From the NCBI RefSeq assembly GCF_001194135.2, contig NC_068999.1:38669750-38710197 (forward strand): a stretch of DNA of 40,448 nucleotides, in the 5' to 3' direction. Below, piece by piece: positions 24,617 through 35,929 of this stretch. The notes beneath the pieces were generated by a model. The model was not told where the DNA came from. It ran no database searches and saw only the letters and a list, made by a program, of their open reading frames with translations. Position 1 is the stretch's first letter. Each line of letters begins with the position of its first letter. This DNA comes from Octopus bimaculoides. Its lineage: Eukaryota. The position numbers and the translations under genes are program-made.

Positions 24617-26016
24617 GAAATTATAGAAGAAATACATCTAGACAATCAATACAAATTCCAAAGCATAATTTAAAACACACAATGAAATAAAATATACATT
24701 TAAATTTATAAATCAGGTAAATTCCTTTACCCGAATTCACCCGAATCTGTATATATTTATTTAATCTACTAATTTATCCCTAAATTTTCAAAGTTTGGAC
24801 TCTCATCTGACATTTCGTATAAACATCAAATTCTTCATCGATTTGAACAGTTCCTTCTGGAAGCCCTTACCTCGAATTTTTGTCTCTTTATTTGTCACTA
24901 TGGATATCCTTGTTGCTTATTTTGATTCTAATCACCATATTTTGAAATTGTATGGATAATACTGCACTAAATTCTGGTGCCTCAACTTAAGTACCATTTT
25001 CGTCTGAATCTAAATTATATATATATAAATTAAATTTAAGTAAATACTTAATAAATAAATAAATAATTCTACAGCTGGATACACTTCCTGTCACCGACCC
25101 TCACCTGTTTCCAAACATGGTAATAATTCTCTTTTGCGGAGCATGTTTTCATAAAACTTTGTAAAAGAAAGAAACTGCTCATGTAATGGTGATGCTTGTT
25201 TTCGTTCATTATGTGATGTCAAACACACACTCACAAATGCACGCACGCACACACACACACACACACAAACATACACACACACACACACATGTACACACAC
25301 ACATACACACATGTTTGCATACACATATAGAACAAACTTCTTTAAGTTTCCACTTACCATAACATATGTGTGTTCAGTATTATTTCAAGTAAAAGTGAAA
25401 TAACTTAAGAATTATACAGAATTTAATTATATATTCAAAAAAATGTTTAGGAAAATCAATCTTCACTACATCTCTAAAACCAAATATCAATACCATCTAC
25501 AAGACAACGTGTCTAATTCCAGTTCAATTATAAGGCAAGAAATGACCTTATTATCGAAAATTGAAGCAGAAGAACAGAAAAATCTAAACAATAATGAGAA
25601 ACATTGATTCACACACACACATGCAAACATATATATATATATATGGAAGAATGTGTTCGTGTGTGTGTGTGTGTGTGTGTATCTTTAAATATATCACCCT
25701 ATCAGAAGGCTGGAAGCCATAGAGAATCTTCACATAATCCATTAATTGGATTAAAGGGGATTTATTAAAATAATAGAAAGTTTAGCTAATTATGGGTTTT
25801 CAATAGTGTAAACTTCTTTTCTATTTTGTCAAATCTGTTAAATATCTGTGGAATCATAGATACACATTCCTCAAGTATTTTTATTTTTTCCCTTTGAGAA
25901 TGATGGGAAATTCTAAGACAAAACTAAACCTAATGATTATCAATGCATATACACACACACACACACACACATATATACACACACACACACATATAAACGT
26001 ACAAATGAATACATGC

Positions 26017-26059
<43 letters not shown>

Positions 26060-26114
26060 AAACTATGAAGACATGTATTCTCTTCGTATTCTGTATTTTT
26101 TATGCTCTATGTAT

Positions 26115-26914
26115 NNNNNNNNNNNNNNNNNNNNNNNNNNNNNNNNNNNNNNNNNNNNNNNNNNNNNNNNNNNNNNNNNNNNNNNNNNNNNNNNNNNNNN
26201 NNNNNNNNNNNNNNNNNNNNNNNNNNNNNNNNNNNNNNNNNNNNNNNNNNNNNNNNNNNNNNNNNNNNNNNNNNNNNNNNNNNNNNNNNNNNNNNNNNNN
26301 NNNNNNNNNNNNNNNNNNNNNNNNNNNNNNNNNNNNNNNNNNNNNNNNNNNNNNNNNNNNNNNNNNNNNNNNNNNNNNNNNNNNNNNNNNNNNNNNNNNN
26401 NNNNNNNNNNNNNNNNNNNNNNNNNNNNNNNNNNNNNNNNNNNNNNNNNNNNNNNNNNNNNNNNNNNNNNNNNNNNNNNNNNNNNNNNNNNNNNNNNNNN
26501 NNNNNNNNNNNNNNNNNNNNNNNNNNNNNNNNNNNNNNNNNNNNNNNNNNNNNNNNNNNNNNNNNNNNNNNNNNNNNNNNNNNNNNNNNNNNNNNNNNNN
26601 NNNNNNNNNNNNNNNNNNNNNNNNNNNNNNNNNNNNNNNNNNNNNNNNNNNNNNNNNNNNNNNNNNNNNNNNNNNNNNNNNNNNNNNNNNNNNNNNNNNN
26701 NNNNNNNNNNNNNNNNNNNNNNNNNNNNNNNNNNNNNNNNNNNNNNNNNNNNNNNNNNNNNNNNNNNNNNNNNNNNNNNNNNNNNNNNNNNNNNNNNNNN
26801 NNNNNNNNNNNNNNNNNNNNNNNNNNNNNNNNNNNNNNNNNNNNNNNNNNNNNNNNNNNNNNNNNNNNNNNNNNNNNNNNNNNNNNNNNNNNNNNNNNNN
26901 NNNNNNNNNNNNNN
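26115..26914. other. Assembly gap (largest of eight; others 1213-1222, 4148-4286, 7368-7467, 9633-10328, 32250-32388, 33685-33838, 35122-35312)
   Basis: N runs, almost all flanked by microsatellites. Confidence 0.98.
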
Positions 26915-26953
<39 letters not shown>

Positions 26954-27059
26954 CACATTCCTACTTAGATAAATAGATGATAGAATCTGCAGTCGAAGAC
27001 AAGGTATGAGTGTTCAGGTTCTGTTAAATGATTTGTAAAAATAATTTGTTTATAGCAAT

Positions 27060-27272
27060 CGACTGCATGTGCTGTGTGTTGGTGCATTCTCTCAATCAAA
27101 TTGACATTGCTTGAACAGATACACAGTGCATCACACATTGGGTGTTGAAGTGATTGTAGAGCAGCCTGAGATGAAGAGTTTTGCTCAAGAACACAGTGTA
27201 GTACCTGGTCCAGGTATTAAAATTACAATCTACCAGGCATAAGTGTGACACCCTAATCACTGGGCCATGCAG
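27060..27272 (-). mobile_element. Decayed tRNA-head SINE (family C-related)
   Basis: Minus strand gcatggcccagtgattagggtg...ttgagcaaaactcttcatctc: A-box-like head and ttg(g/a)gcaa motif. Confidence 0.5.
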
Positions 27273-27377
27273 TCACACTGATAAATACATATAGATACAT
27301 ATATAAACACACACACTCATGCACACACACACACACATATATATATATAAATGTATGAGCTAACTTTTTTCGTTTAA

Positions 27378-27756
27378 TTTTACCCTCTGCCTTAGTGAAG
27401 GCAGAGGTATTATTTTCAGTCATGTTCGTCTGTTTGTCTGTTTGTCCATGGATAAGATATCTCAAGAACTGCTGGATGGATTTAGATGGAGCTATTGGGG
27501 ATGTTTGGCCTCGTGACTGACATAGACTGATTAGATTTGGGGATTGATCTGATACTGGACAAGGATTCTGGATTATTTTTTCTGTTTTCTTTTCCTTAAT
27601 TTTTGAGAGCAGTCAGGTTCATTTTTAGTATTCTCGTTTGTGAGACCAGTCGAATTTATTTCAGATATTCTCATTTTAGAAATCATCTCTGGCTAATCGT
27701 TGGGAGAACGTTGATGTTGCTTTGGTGGAGGTTCACGCTCTCTGAGTGCTCTTGTT
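27378..27756 (+). mobile_element. DINE-1/HINE-like non-autonomous rolling-circle (Helentron-associated) element
   Basis: 5' T-run, then accctctgcc with an adjacent inverted copy (ctctgcc-ttagtgaa-ggcagag) and a GTCT/GTTT microsatellite. The 3' end has the subterminal inverted repeat ggtggaggt, a terminal hairpin cgctc-tct-gagtg and a T-run. Confidence 0.62.
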
Positions 27757-27986
27757 TTATATTAGTTTTCATTTTGTATTCTTGGTCTGTTCTGATGCCA
27801 AACTAAAATTTGGGTGCACTGAGATAATTTTTTAATTTTGTTGATTAATTTACTGAAATGAAGGTCTTTGGTCACTTTGCTGCTGTGTCTTGCCTTGCAA
27901 GTTTTATCTGTTGTTCGTAGAAATTTTGGTCATTTTTTTTTTTTGGTTGCATTACAACTCTACCTTTTTTGTTTTCTTGTTTCCAG

Positions 27987-28093
27987 CTCATGAAATGGAA
28001 GAAAAGAAAACTCTGGATGACAAATTGCATGCTGTCCAAGATGAGCTTCGTCTGAAAAGGCGCCAATGTAAAGAACTCAATGAAGATTTGGAA
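27987..28093 (+). CDS. CCDC39: Next internal coding exon of CCDC39
   Basis: Acceptor ttgtttccAG at 27985-27986, donor GTaagt at 28094. 107 nt; the first 2 nt complete the phase-1 codon left by the previous exon (t+ct = Ser). Reads SHEMEEKKTLDDKLHAVQDELRLKRRQCKELNEDLE, colinear with the recalled CCDC39 segment [36 protein letters not shown]. Confidence 0.9.
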
Positions 28094-28614
28094 GTAAGTT
28101 TGTTTATATAAATGAAAATAGAGGACATTATAGTGAAATCATAGAAGTATGTTTAACTATTTCATTTCACATAAAGATTCCCCTGTTGGTTCTCTGATAA
28201 ATGTTAATCAATTAGGATTCAGTACTAGTCCCAAATTGAGAAAATCTATAACAGAATACACTAAATCCTGAATTGTTCCAGACAAGAACATTTATTATTT
28301 AGAACAACACAACGTTTGGGTTTCTGTTAGGTTTCTCTTTCTAGGAGATGGAATGATCCAAGACAAGTCCCCTGTTAGCTTGTGGACTTGGCTGAGTGTT
28401 TTTACAATTTAAGTTTTTCCAATTCCAACATCCAGGTGATTTCTGTTTTTGATACATAATATTTCAAAGGCTACGTTATTTAATGTGCACTTTCTTGTTG
28501 TTCTAATTGAGCAGAGGCCCTTAATCAAACAACTTCTAGCTATTTCCATCACATCTTTGTAAGTGTGTGTGTGTGTGTGTGCATACATCTACATTGTCCA
28601 ATGAAAAGATGCAA

Positions 28615-29045
28615 GGGTGTCAGTGTGGTTAAGAAGGTTGCTTCCCACCTGCATGGTTTTCAGTTCAGTTTGACCATATGGCAACTTGGGCAGATGTTTT
28701 CTGCTGTAGCCTAGGGCCAACCAAGGCCTTGTTAGTGGATTTGATAGACAGACGAAACTGAAAGAAGCCCATCTTATATGCATATGTGTGCATACTTGTG
28801 TCCTAATTGTGTCTTGGTGTGATTGTTGTAAATGAGTGTCACTGTTATACAAGCAGTGTGCAGACATTAAAAAATGATTCTGTGGAAACATGTTTAGCCA
28901 TGAGGAGATTATTACCTTGCTTGGAAAGAGGTGAGAGTTGGCAACAGGAAGACTATCTGGTCATACAAGCTGTATCTCAATAAATGCTGTCCAACCCATG
29001 CAAGCATGGAAAAGTAGACATTAAAATGATAATAATGATGATGCA
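28615..29045 (+). mobile_element. Composite SINE: family C head and body with family A (RTE-type) tail
   Basis: cagtgtggttaagaag..ttgggcagatgttttctgctgtagcc..gaaactgaaagaagccc (as at 11040) joined to gtccaacccatgcaagcatggaaaagtagacattaaaatgataataatgatgatg. Confidence 0.7.
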
Positions 29046-29269
29046 TAATCCAATGTCTCCATCCATCTATTTTTTAAGGTTTTAAAGCAAGATTTTGTGG
29101 GCAGGAAGCTGTTTTTACTTGCAGGTCAAGCAATGAACCACACCGATGCTGCCCAGTTAGTTTGTGTGCCCTTCATTTATCTAAAGTGCTACTCTGTGAT
29201 TTGAAGGATATTCAGCTATTACTACTGGCAGGTCAAACACCAATACTTATTTTTCTAGAAAGATAAAAG

Positions 29270-29605
29270 TGCCGCCTGATCGGTCCTGTGCCAGTGACAC
29301 GTAAAAAGCACCATTCGAGCATGATCATTGCCAGTGCTGCCTGACTGGTTCCATGCCGGTAGCACATAAAAAGCACCATTTGAGCATGGTCGATGACAGT
29401 AGTGCCTGACTGGCCCTCATGCTGGTGGCACATAAAATGCACCCACTATACTATCGGGGTGGTTGGCATTAGGAAAGGCATCCAGGTGTAGAAACTTAGC
29501 CAGATCATATTGGAGCCTGGTGCAGCCTTCTGGCTTGTCAGCCCACAGTCAAACAGTCCAACCCATGCCAGCATGGAAAGTGAATGTTAAACAGCGACGA
29601 TGATG
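29270..29605 (+). mobile_element. SINE family A copy with three ~65-bp internal tandem subrepeats
   Basis: tgccrgtrgcacrtaaaaagcacc starts at 29289, 29354 and 29420, followed by the standard tail. Confidence 0.8.
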
Positions 29606-30014
29606 ACCTCTTTTAACTATTTAATAAAAAAATATTTACCATTCCATTAGATGTACTTCATTGATCCCAAACCAGGAATGACCCTTTAAATGGTCACCCA
29701 TGTTGTTAGAAAATAGCAGCCAATCTCTCTTGAATCATAATCCATTGTCTGAATATGGGAAGGACACACATTAGATAATGTAATCATAGGTTCCCATTAA
29801 AACAATGAGACAATTAATGACTGGAGTGTTTTTGATGATTGTGTTACACAATCACAGTTGATTTAGTTACTAAAAACAAGAAAACCAAAAATCACTAACT
29901 TCATTGATTCAATTAAAACGAATTAATGTTATTATCCCAAATTCATCTGCAACTATAATAAATATTGTGTTTAATTTTGAAATAATTATCCTTGTTATTT
30001 AGTCATTAATCATC

Positions 30015-30220
30015 CTCCCTGATTGTGACTGAGCAGACCTGTGATTAAAGATGTTTACACATGAACTTCCAGTCTCGTTTCTTAATTTAAAAAGAAGTTT
30101 TTAGGTTGTTTGAACATCCTGCATAATAATAATAATTCCCAATGCATTATTTCTTATTCAAGACATTTATGTATGATTTGAGGGACATTTAACTGCTAAT
30201 TTTAGGAGGACCAGTTACTG
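30015..30220 (+). repeat. Dispersed repeat family D (unclassified)
   Basis: tgagcagacctgtgattaaag..gtttgaacatcct..gatttgagggacatttaactgcta; related pieces near 18190, 28480, 29180, 31600-31850 (+) and 31030-31180 (-). Confidence 0.45.
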
Positions 30221-30784
30221 GATAGAAGTCATTTAAATGCTTTTTCTTTTTTCTGTTTTATTTTTTTGCTTTGATGTGTCAAGAGGGCAGCTCAGTGACT
30301 TCTTTTCTAACTCCATATTTCCTGCTGCTATGTTAACCAATTTGTCATTATCTCGCAGCGATTATTCAATAATTCATTGAAACATCCTGCCACTGAACAC
30401 TGATGGAAACTCTAAGACTGTTAAGGGTTTGCTGAGGTTGATATAGCTTCTTATTTTTTTTTTTGTTTTAGAGGATGCCATTAAAGATATGAGAAGCAGA
30501 ATGGATAATAAAGAAAGATGGATTGGATAGCAATAAAATGTATTTTACCATTTCATGGCATCTCTTTGTACTCTTAGTTCTAATTCTCTGAAACTGACAT
30601 TACCCTGCTCCCTTCTTGGGATAATACAAATATGAGTTCTGGTCAAATGATTATCTATAAAGCCTGTCTGCACATTTGTAGGCTTGTTCCTGTGTTATGG
30701 ATCCTCATTTTAGATGGAAATAGGGTTGATGGGTATGGAATGATCACTAGAGTCATATCATCCTCATGGTTTAACATCCATTTT

Positions 30785-30992
30785 CGATGCTGCTTAGATG
30801 TACCCATGCTGGTGCTGCATAAACACACCTGGTACACCATGCTAAGTGGTTGGCACTAGGAAGGGCGTCCAGCCATAGAAACCATGCCACAACAGACAGT
30901 TGGAGTCTGGACAGCTCTCTACTAGCCAGCTCCACGTGAAACCGTCCAACCTGTGCCAGCATGGAGACTGGACATTGAACAATGATGATGAC
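30785..30992 (+). mobile_element. SINE family A copy
   Basis: gtggttggcactaggaagggcgtccagccatagaaacc..aaccgtccaacctgtgccagcatggaga..aatgatgatg. Confidence 0.78.
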
Positions 30993-32514
30993 TAAGTTTT
31001 AGGTGGTCATAACTGTAACCCATTTTGACCAATTAAAAACACAAAAAGGAGGAAACATTAGATGATGTAGTGCTAGATATACTATATTCCATTAGAAAAA
31101 GAATACAGGATGGTCATGGATGGATCAGCTTGGACCATAAGTCTGGTCATAGAGAAATGATCTGAATTAAACAACAACAAGCCATCAAAGAAGCATCTGT
31201 GTAGTTACATGACCTGCAAGACAAAATAGACAAATCTCCCTCTAACCACCCTCGGCCAGTTTTTAAGATACATTGAATATTGTTTCCAAAAGTACACTGC
31301 AGTCGATAAAAGGTATCAAGCTATTGCCAAATTGTCTGCCTTCGATCATAGAATCTACTCAGTTTTAGATGACCTGGGGTTAAACAAGAACAGTACCACC
31401 AAGAAATAGAAACAATCCAGAAATACACACAAAAAGACCTCATGAATTCTTGTTGCTGTTGTTGTTGTTGGTGGTGGTGGTAGTGGTAGTGGTAGCATGA
31501 TGATTATTTTGGTAGTGTGACAGTGGTGGCGGTGGGGCTGGCAGTAGTGATGATGGTGAATGCATGGCAATGGTGGCAGTGGTTAAATTTAGTTGAGTCC
31601 TAGTTAGACTGACAACCTAACAACATTAGACTGACAACCAATATTGGACTGACAACCTAACATCAAAGGCATTCTTACCGTGGCATTCTCTTTTATTTGT
31701 CTTTAAGAATATCTAAATCTCTAAACGTCACAGAAAGCCACCACATAAGACATAAATTACTTAATCTGCTGTTGTCTTGGTTTTAAGACAACCATGATGT
31801 CATTTGAGGAGTATTTAGTTATTATGTTTATCAGATCAATCAACTGTGCAGCAGTTTCCTCATTGGATCTGACAGATTTATGTTTGAGTTAGCCATTTCC
31901 TTCATTCCTCGTTAGCTGTGACACTGAAGGTGTGGGGAAACTGAATCCTCTGTGATTAACAGGTTGTTTCTGTGATGGCAGCAGGTGGACTCTAGGAGAT
32001 AACACCAGAATAACGGCTATAACCAGAAATAATTGCCGCAAGTTTTATGTTTATCGGAAGTTGATCTCCTCAAGTCACAATCAACACCACCACAATCATC
32101 TTGTGTAATGATAGCAATCTTTTTTGAAAATATAGCAGACAGTAATGCAGCTGAAGCTTACATAGAAACAAACACACATAGACAAACTTACATGTATATT
32201 TGTATACATAAATGTGTGTGTGTATGAGAGAGAGAGAGAGGGAGGGAGGNNNNNNNNNNNNNNNNNNNNNNNNNNNNNNNNNNNNNNNNNNNNNNNNNNN
32301 NNNNNNNNNNNNNNNNNNNNNNNNNNNNNNNNNNNNNNNNNNNNNNNNNNNNNNNNNNNNNNNNNNNNNNNNNNNNNNNNNNNNNNNNATAATGTACATT
32401 ATTGTGGTATACAATGCATATGTATATTTTGGTTATACTGAGACATGAGTTTGCCAAATGTAGTCCAGGTGATATATGTATATTTATAAATATGTGTTGT
32501 TAGTAGATTATCAA

Positions 32515-32740
32515 TATCATCACCATCATCATCATCATTGTTTTAATGTCTAATTTACTTTGCTTGCATAAGTCAAAAGTGCTTCTTTGAGCAAATTTTC
32601 TACAACTGGGTGCCTTCATGTTACCACAAGGGCCATACTAATCCATGGTGAGACATGGTTTTTCACAGAATATTGGAAATGAATGACATCGTTTGTATAA
32701 TGCTGGTCGTTATTTACAATTTCCATGAAATCCCACAATT
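32515..32740 (-). mobile_element. Decayed composite SINE with family A tail
   Basis: (CAT)n, ttttaatgtc..ttgcttgcata..ttttctacaactgggtgcc..ccatggtgagacatggttttcacag. Confidence 0.55.
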
Positions 32741-32807
32741 TAGCTGAAAGATTGTTCTGCATTACAAACTCTGAGTTGCAAAAGAGTGAGTTATGAGCTT
32801 TTCTTCT

Positions 32808-32844
32808 TGTTTTATGTTTCGAGCAAAGCTCTTCTTCAGAAACA
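32808..32844 (-). ncRNA. Minimal type-I hammerhead ribozyme motif (PLE type), intact catalytic core with mutated stem III
   Basis: Minus strand tgttt-CTGAAGA-a-GAGC-ttt-GCTC-GAA-ACAT-A-aaaca; ACGT has become ACAT at 32815. Confidence 0.65.
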
Positions 32845-33032
32845 GGAAACAGAAGAAAGTCTCAGAGAAAAGGGAGACGGAACAAAAAAAAAAAAAAATT
32901 GCCAATGATTCACATGTGGTTACATTTTTGAATGACTGGATGTGGATGGTCATTCTAAAATGTAACTACATGTAGAATGTTGGCAATTTTTTTCCTCCGT
33001 CTTCCTTTTCTCTTGGACTTTCCTCTGTCTCC

Positions 33033-33069
33033 TGTTTCTGAAGAAGAGCTTTGCTCAAAACGTAAAACA
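33033..33069 (+). ncRNA. Minimal type-I hammerhead ribozyme motif (PLE type), G12A mutant copy
   Basis: tgttt-CTGAAGA-a-GAGC-ttt-GCTC-aAA-ACGT-A-aaaca: 5-bp stem I, core, 4-bp stem II, palindromic ACGT stem III, GUA triplet. Invariant G12 is A at 33057. Confidence 0.65.
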
Positions 33070-33184
33070 CCGTTTCTTTTCTTCCCTGATCATCTTATTC
33101 ATACTTTGCATGTACCACATCTTCATGTTGTGGGTTTTTCTTGTGTTTTTTGCCGTTTTTTTTAAAATTTACTGTATATATATA

Positions 33185-33355
33185 CACTCTCTGAGTGGTT
33201 GGCGTTAGGAAGGGGATCCAGCTGTAGAAACTCTGCCAAATTAGATTGGAGCCTGGTGTAGCCATCCGGTTGCACCAGTCCTCAGTCAAATCGTCCAACC
33301 CATGCTAGCATGGAAAGCGGATGTTAAACGATGATGATGATGATGATGATGATGA
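33185..33355 (+). mobile_element. SINE family A copy, young-looking (first of a pair)
   Basis: gagtggttggcgttaggaaggggatccagctgtagaaactctgcc..cagtcaaatcgtccaacccatgctagcatggaaagcgg..(ATG)n. Confidence 0.85.
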
Positions 33356-33494
33356 TATATATATATATATACACACACACATATATATGCATACATATAT
33401 ATATATATGTTTGTGTATATATATATACACATACATATATATATATACACATACATATATATACATATATATATATACATACATATATATATGG

Positions 33495-33668
33495 ATAGCA
33501 CTCACTACACTCTCGGAGTGGTTGGCGTTAAGAAAGGCATCCAGCTGTAGAAACTCTGCCAAATCGGATTGGAGCTTGGTGTAGCCATCTGGTTCACCAG
33601 TCCTCAGTCAAATCGTCCAACCCATGCTAGCATGGAAAGCGGACGTTAAACAATGATGATGATGATGA
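33495..33668 (+). mobile_element. SINE family A copy, young-looking (second of a pair)
   Basis: Near-identical to 33185-33355, including the aaatcgtcc and catgctagc variants. Confidence 0.85.
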
Positions 33669-33838
33669 ATATATATATATATATNNNNNNNNNNNNNNNN
33701 NNNNNNNNNNNNNNNNNNNNNNNNNNNNNNNNNNNNNNNNNNNNNNNNNNNNNNNNNNNNNNNNNNNNNNNNNNNNNNNNNNNNNNNNNNNNNNNNNNNN
33801 NNNNNNNNNNNNNNNNNNNNNNNNNNNNNNNNNNNNNN

Positions 33839-34040
33839 GATAAATAGATAGATCGGTATATTAATACACATTATTTACAGTTAGATCATGTGCATGCCCT
33901 TCTTTTAATCCCTAAATCATATCAGAAATCAATGAAGAGCTCAAATTTATTCACTACATTGAATTTTGTTGTCAGAAAATTTACAGACAACAATCAATGA
34001 CTATGTCTGTCTGTCTGTCTGTCCAGTTCTTTCTTCCACT
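33839..34040 (+). repeat. ~200-bp segment duplicated at ~35350-35555
   Basis: ggtatattaatacac..gttagatcatgtgcatgcccttcttttaatccc..cagttctttcttccactc occurs twice with few substitutions; each copy follows an N gap. Confidence 0.85.
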
Positions 34041-34472
34041 CTCTTTTTGTTTTCTGTTTGTTTGTTTGTTTGTTTTTAATATTCACCCCACCTCCACTAC
34101 AACCATCATCAAGGCACCCCACGCCTCCCCCCTGGTTGCCTTTACCTTCAGATTCTATCAGACGAAGAGTGTATTCATATTAATCACTCCACAGTGTTAT
34201 GTCATCTGAAAGGAATTACAAAATAAATATTCATTAGAATGTCCTTTAGAAATAAAACAAAAACAGAAAAAGAAAAGAAAAAAGACAAACACACATAAAA
34301 AATGAAAAGAACTAAATAATAAATAAACAAAACATAAATAAAAGGAAAAAAAACCATGAAGAGAAGGAAGAAGTTAAAAAGGAAGAACGAAAGCCAGCGT
34401 GCTGCAAGTAGATATATGTGTGTGTGTATATGTATATATATACATATGTATATATATATGTGTATATATATT

Positions 34473-34504
<32 letters not shown>

Positions 34505-35312
34505 GACACACATATGTATATATAAATATGCATATATCTATCTTTATATATATAAATATGTATGTATATAATATGTGCATACATGTTATATGGAGGTACA
34601 AAAGGCTGCATTGAAGGTGAGGTTATCACAAGTTTAGATAAATGAGTTAGAAACAGCCATTCCTTTGAACATTTAGCAGAAATACCATAGAAATGTTCCC
34701 TGAAAAACACTTGTTGTCACTCTCTTACATTCTCAGACTCTTCCACCGATGCCCATTGGGGTGGGGTGGGGGGAGTAGCGAGTGTAATGCGTTCCCAAGA
34801 GTTTTCTTTTTTCTCTCATTCGCTTTCTCCTCCTTTGAATTCTTCCACCCCATGCTCATTCTTATTCTCCCTCCAGTCAACTCCATCACAACTATTTCTA
34901 TAAAGAGTTCCAAATAACTGATGCAGCTTTAATGCCAAATGAAAGAATCAGATTTTGAATGCCAGGACATTTTTGTATTTGATTTAATTCAACGCAAGAC
35001 CAGTTCCTCATTAAGAAAGAAGGTGCAATTATAGTGAATCTATTCAAGGCCTTTAACCCTATTCCATCCCCCCACATCTATGTATGTATATGTGTGTGTG
35101 TGTGTGTATATGTGCCTCTGTNNNNNNNNNNNNNNNNNNNNNNNNNNNNNNNNNNNNNNNNNNNNNNNNNNNNNNNNNNNNNNNNNNNNNNNNNNNNNNN
35201 NNNNNNNNNNNNNNNNNNNNNNNNNNNNNNNNNNNNNNNNNNNNNNNNNNNNNNNNNNNNNNNNNNNNNNNNNNNNNNNNNNNNNNNNNNNNNNNNNNNN
35301 NNNNNNNNNNNN

Positions 35313-35353
<41 letters not shown>

Positions 35354-35929
35354 ATAGATAGATAGATAGGTATATTAATACACAATATTTACAGTTAGAT
35401 CATGTGCATGCCCTTCTTTTAATCCCCAAATCATATCAGAAATCAAGGAAGAGCTCAAATCTATTCAATACATTGAATTTTGTTGTCAGAAAATTTACAG
35501 ACAACAATCAATGACTATGTCTGTCTGTCTGTCTGTCCAGTTCTTTCTTCCACTCACTGGTAATTATTTATGTTCATTCTTGCTAGAATAAATATTATAT
35601 CAGCTTCAATCAGATTTGAACTTGGATCAGCTTTGAAGGGATCATCTTGATTGATTTTCCATGGGGCAAATAATTATCTCTCTATCTTGTGATATCTCAT
35701 TGAAATCACATGTAATGTGTTTGTAAAAAAGAAGTGGTGACATTTACATCTTGTAGTCCTAGATACATCATAAGTGATTAAAATATGTGTTGGTCACTGC
35801 TGGTCACTTGTTGACCATGGGCTACACTAATACAATAAAAATAATAAGCTATAACTATATTACTTGAAAGATTTCACAGTCAATCACTGGTGTAACATGA
35901 ATGGGGAGAGATAAATGTTAAATCTGAAT

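Larger units (their letters stand above)
1914..27986 (+). other. CCDC39: ~26.1 kb GT-AG phase-1 intron of CCDC39
   Basis: Bounded by the two exons; frame and phase are continuous across the splice, so no intervening coding exon is required. Confidence 0.85.
32808..33069. repeat. Long palindrome (arms ~129/121 bp, 12-nt loop), probable Penelope-like retroelement terminal-repeat inversion
   Basis: 32808-32936 is the near reverse complement of 32949-33069, including a perfect 27-bp block gagcaaagctcttcttcagaaacagga. Loop is tggatgtggatg. Each arm ends in a hammerhead motif. Confidence 0.88.

Noticed and set aside
30470-30535. Possible next CCDC39 exon after a polypyrimidine-AG (other AG sites at ~28345, ~36790, ~37170 and ~38295 also tried)
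   Set aside because: In-frame stops occur before any donor, and there is no similarity to the expected following CCDC39 segment.
31606-31662. Three short direct repeats gactgacaacc with spacers, superficially CRISPR-like
   Set aside because: The repeats are only 11 nt with ~7-12-nt spacers, lie in a eukaryotic intron inside a decayed dispersed repeat, and have no cas genes; local slippage.
34757-34775. G-run cluster ggggtggggtgggggg, a possible G-quadruplex
   Set aside because: Only three separated G-tracts, with no context suggesting function.
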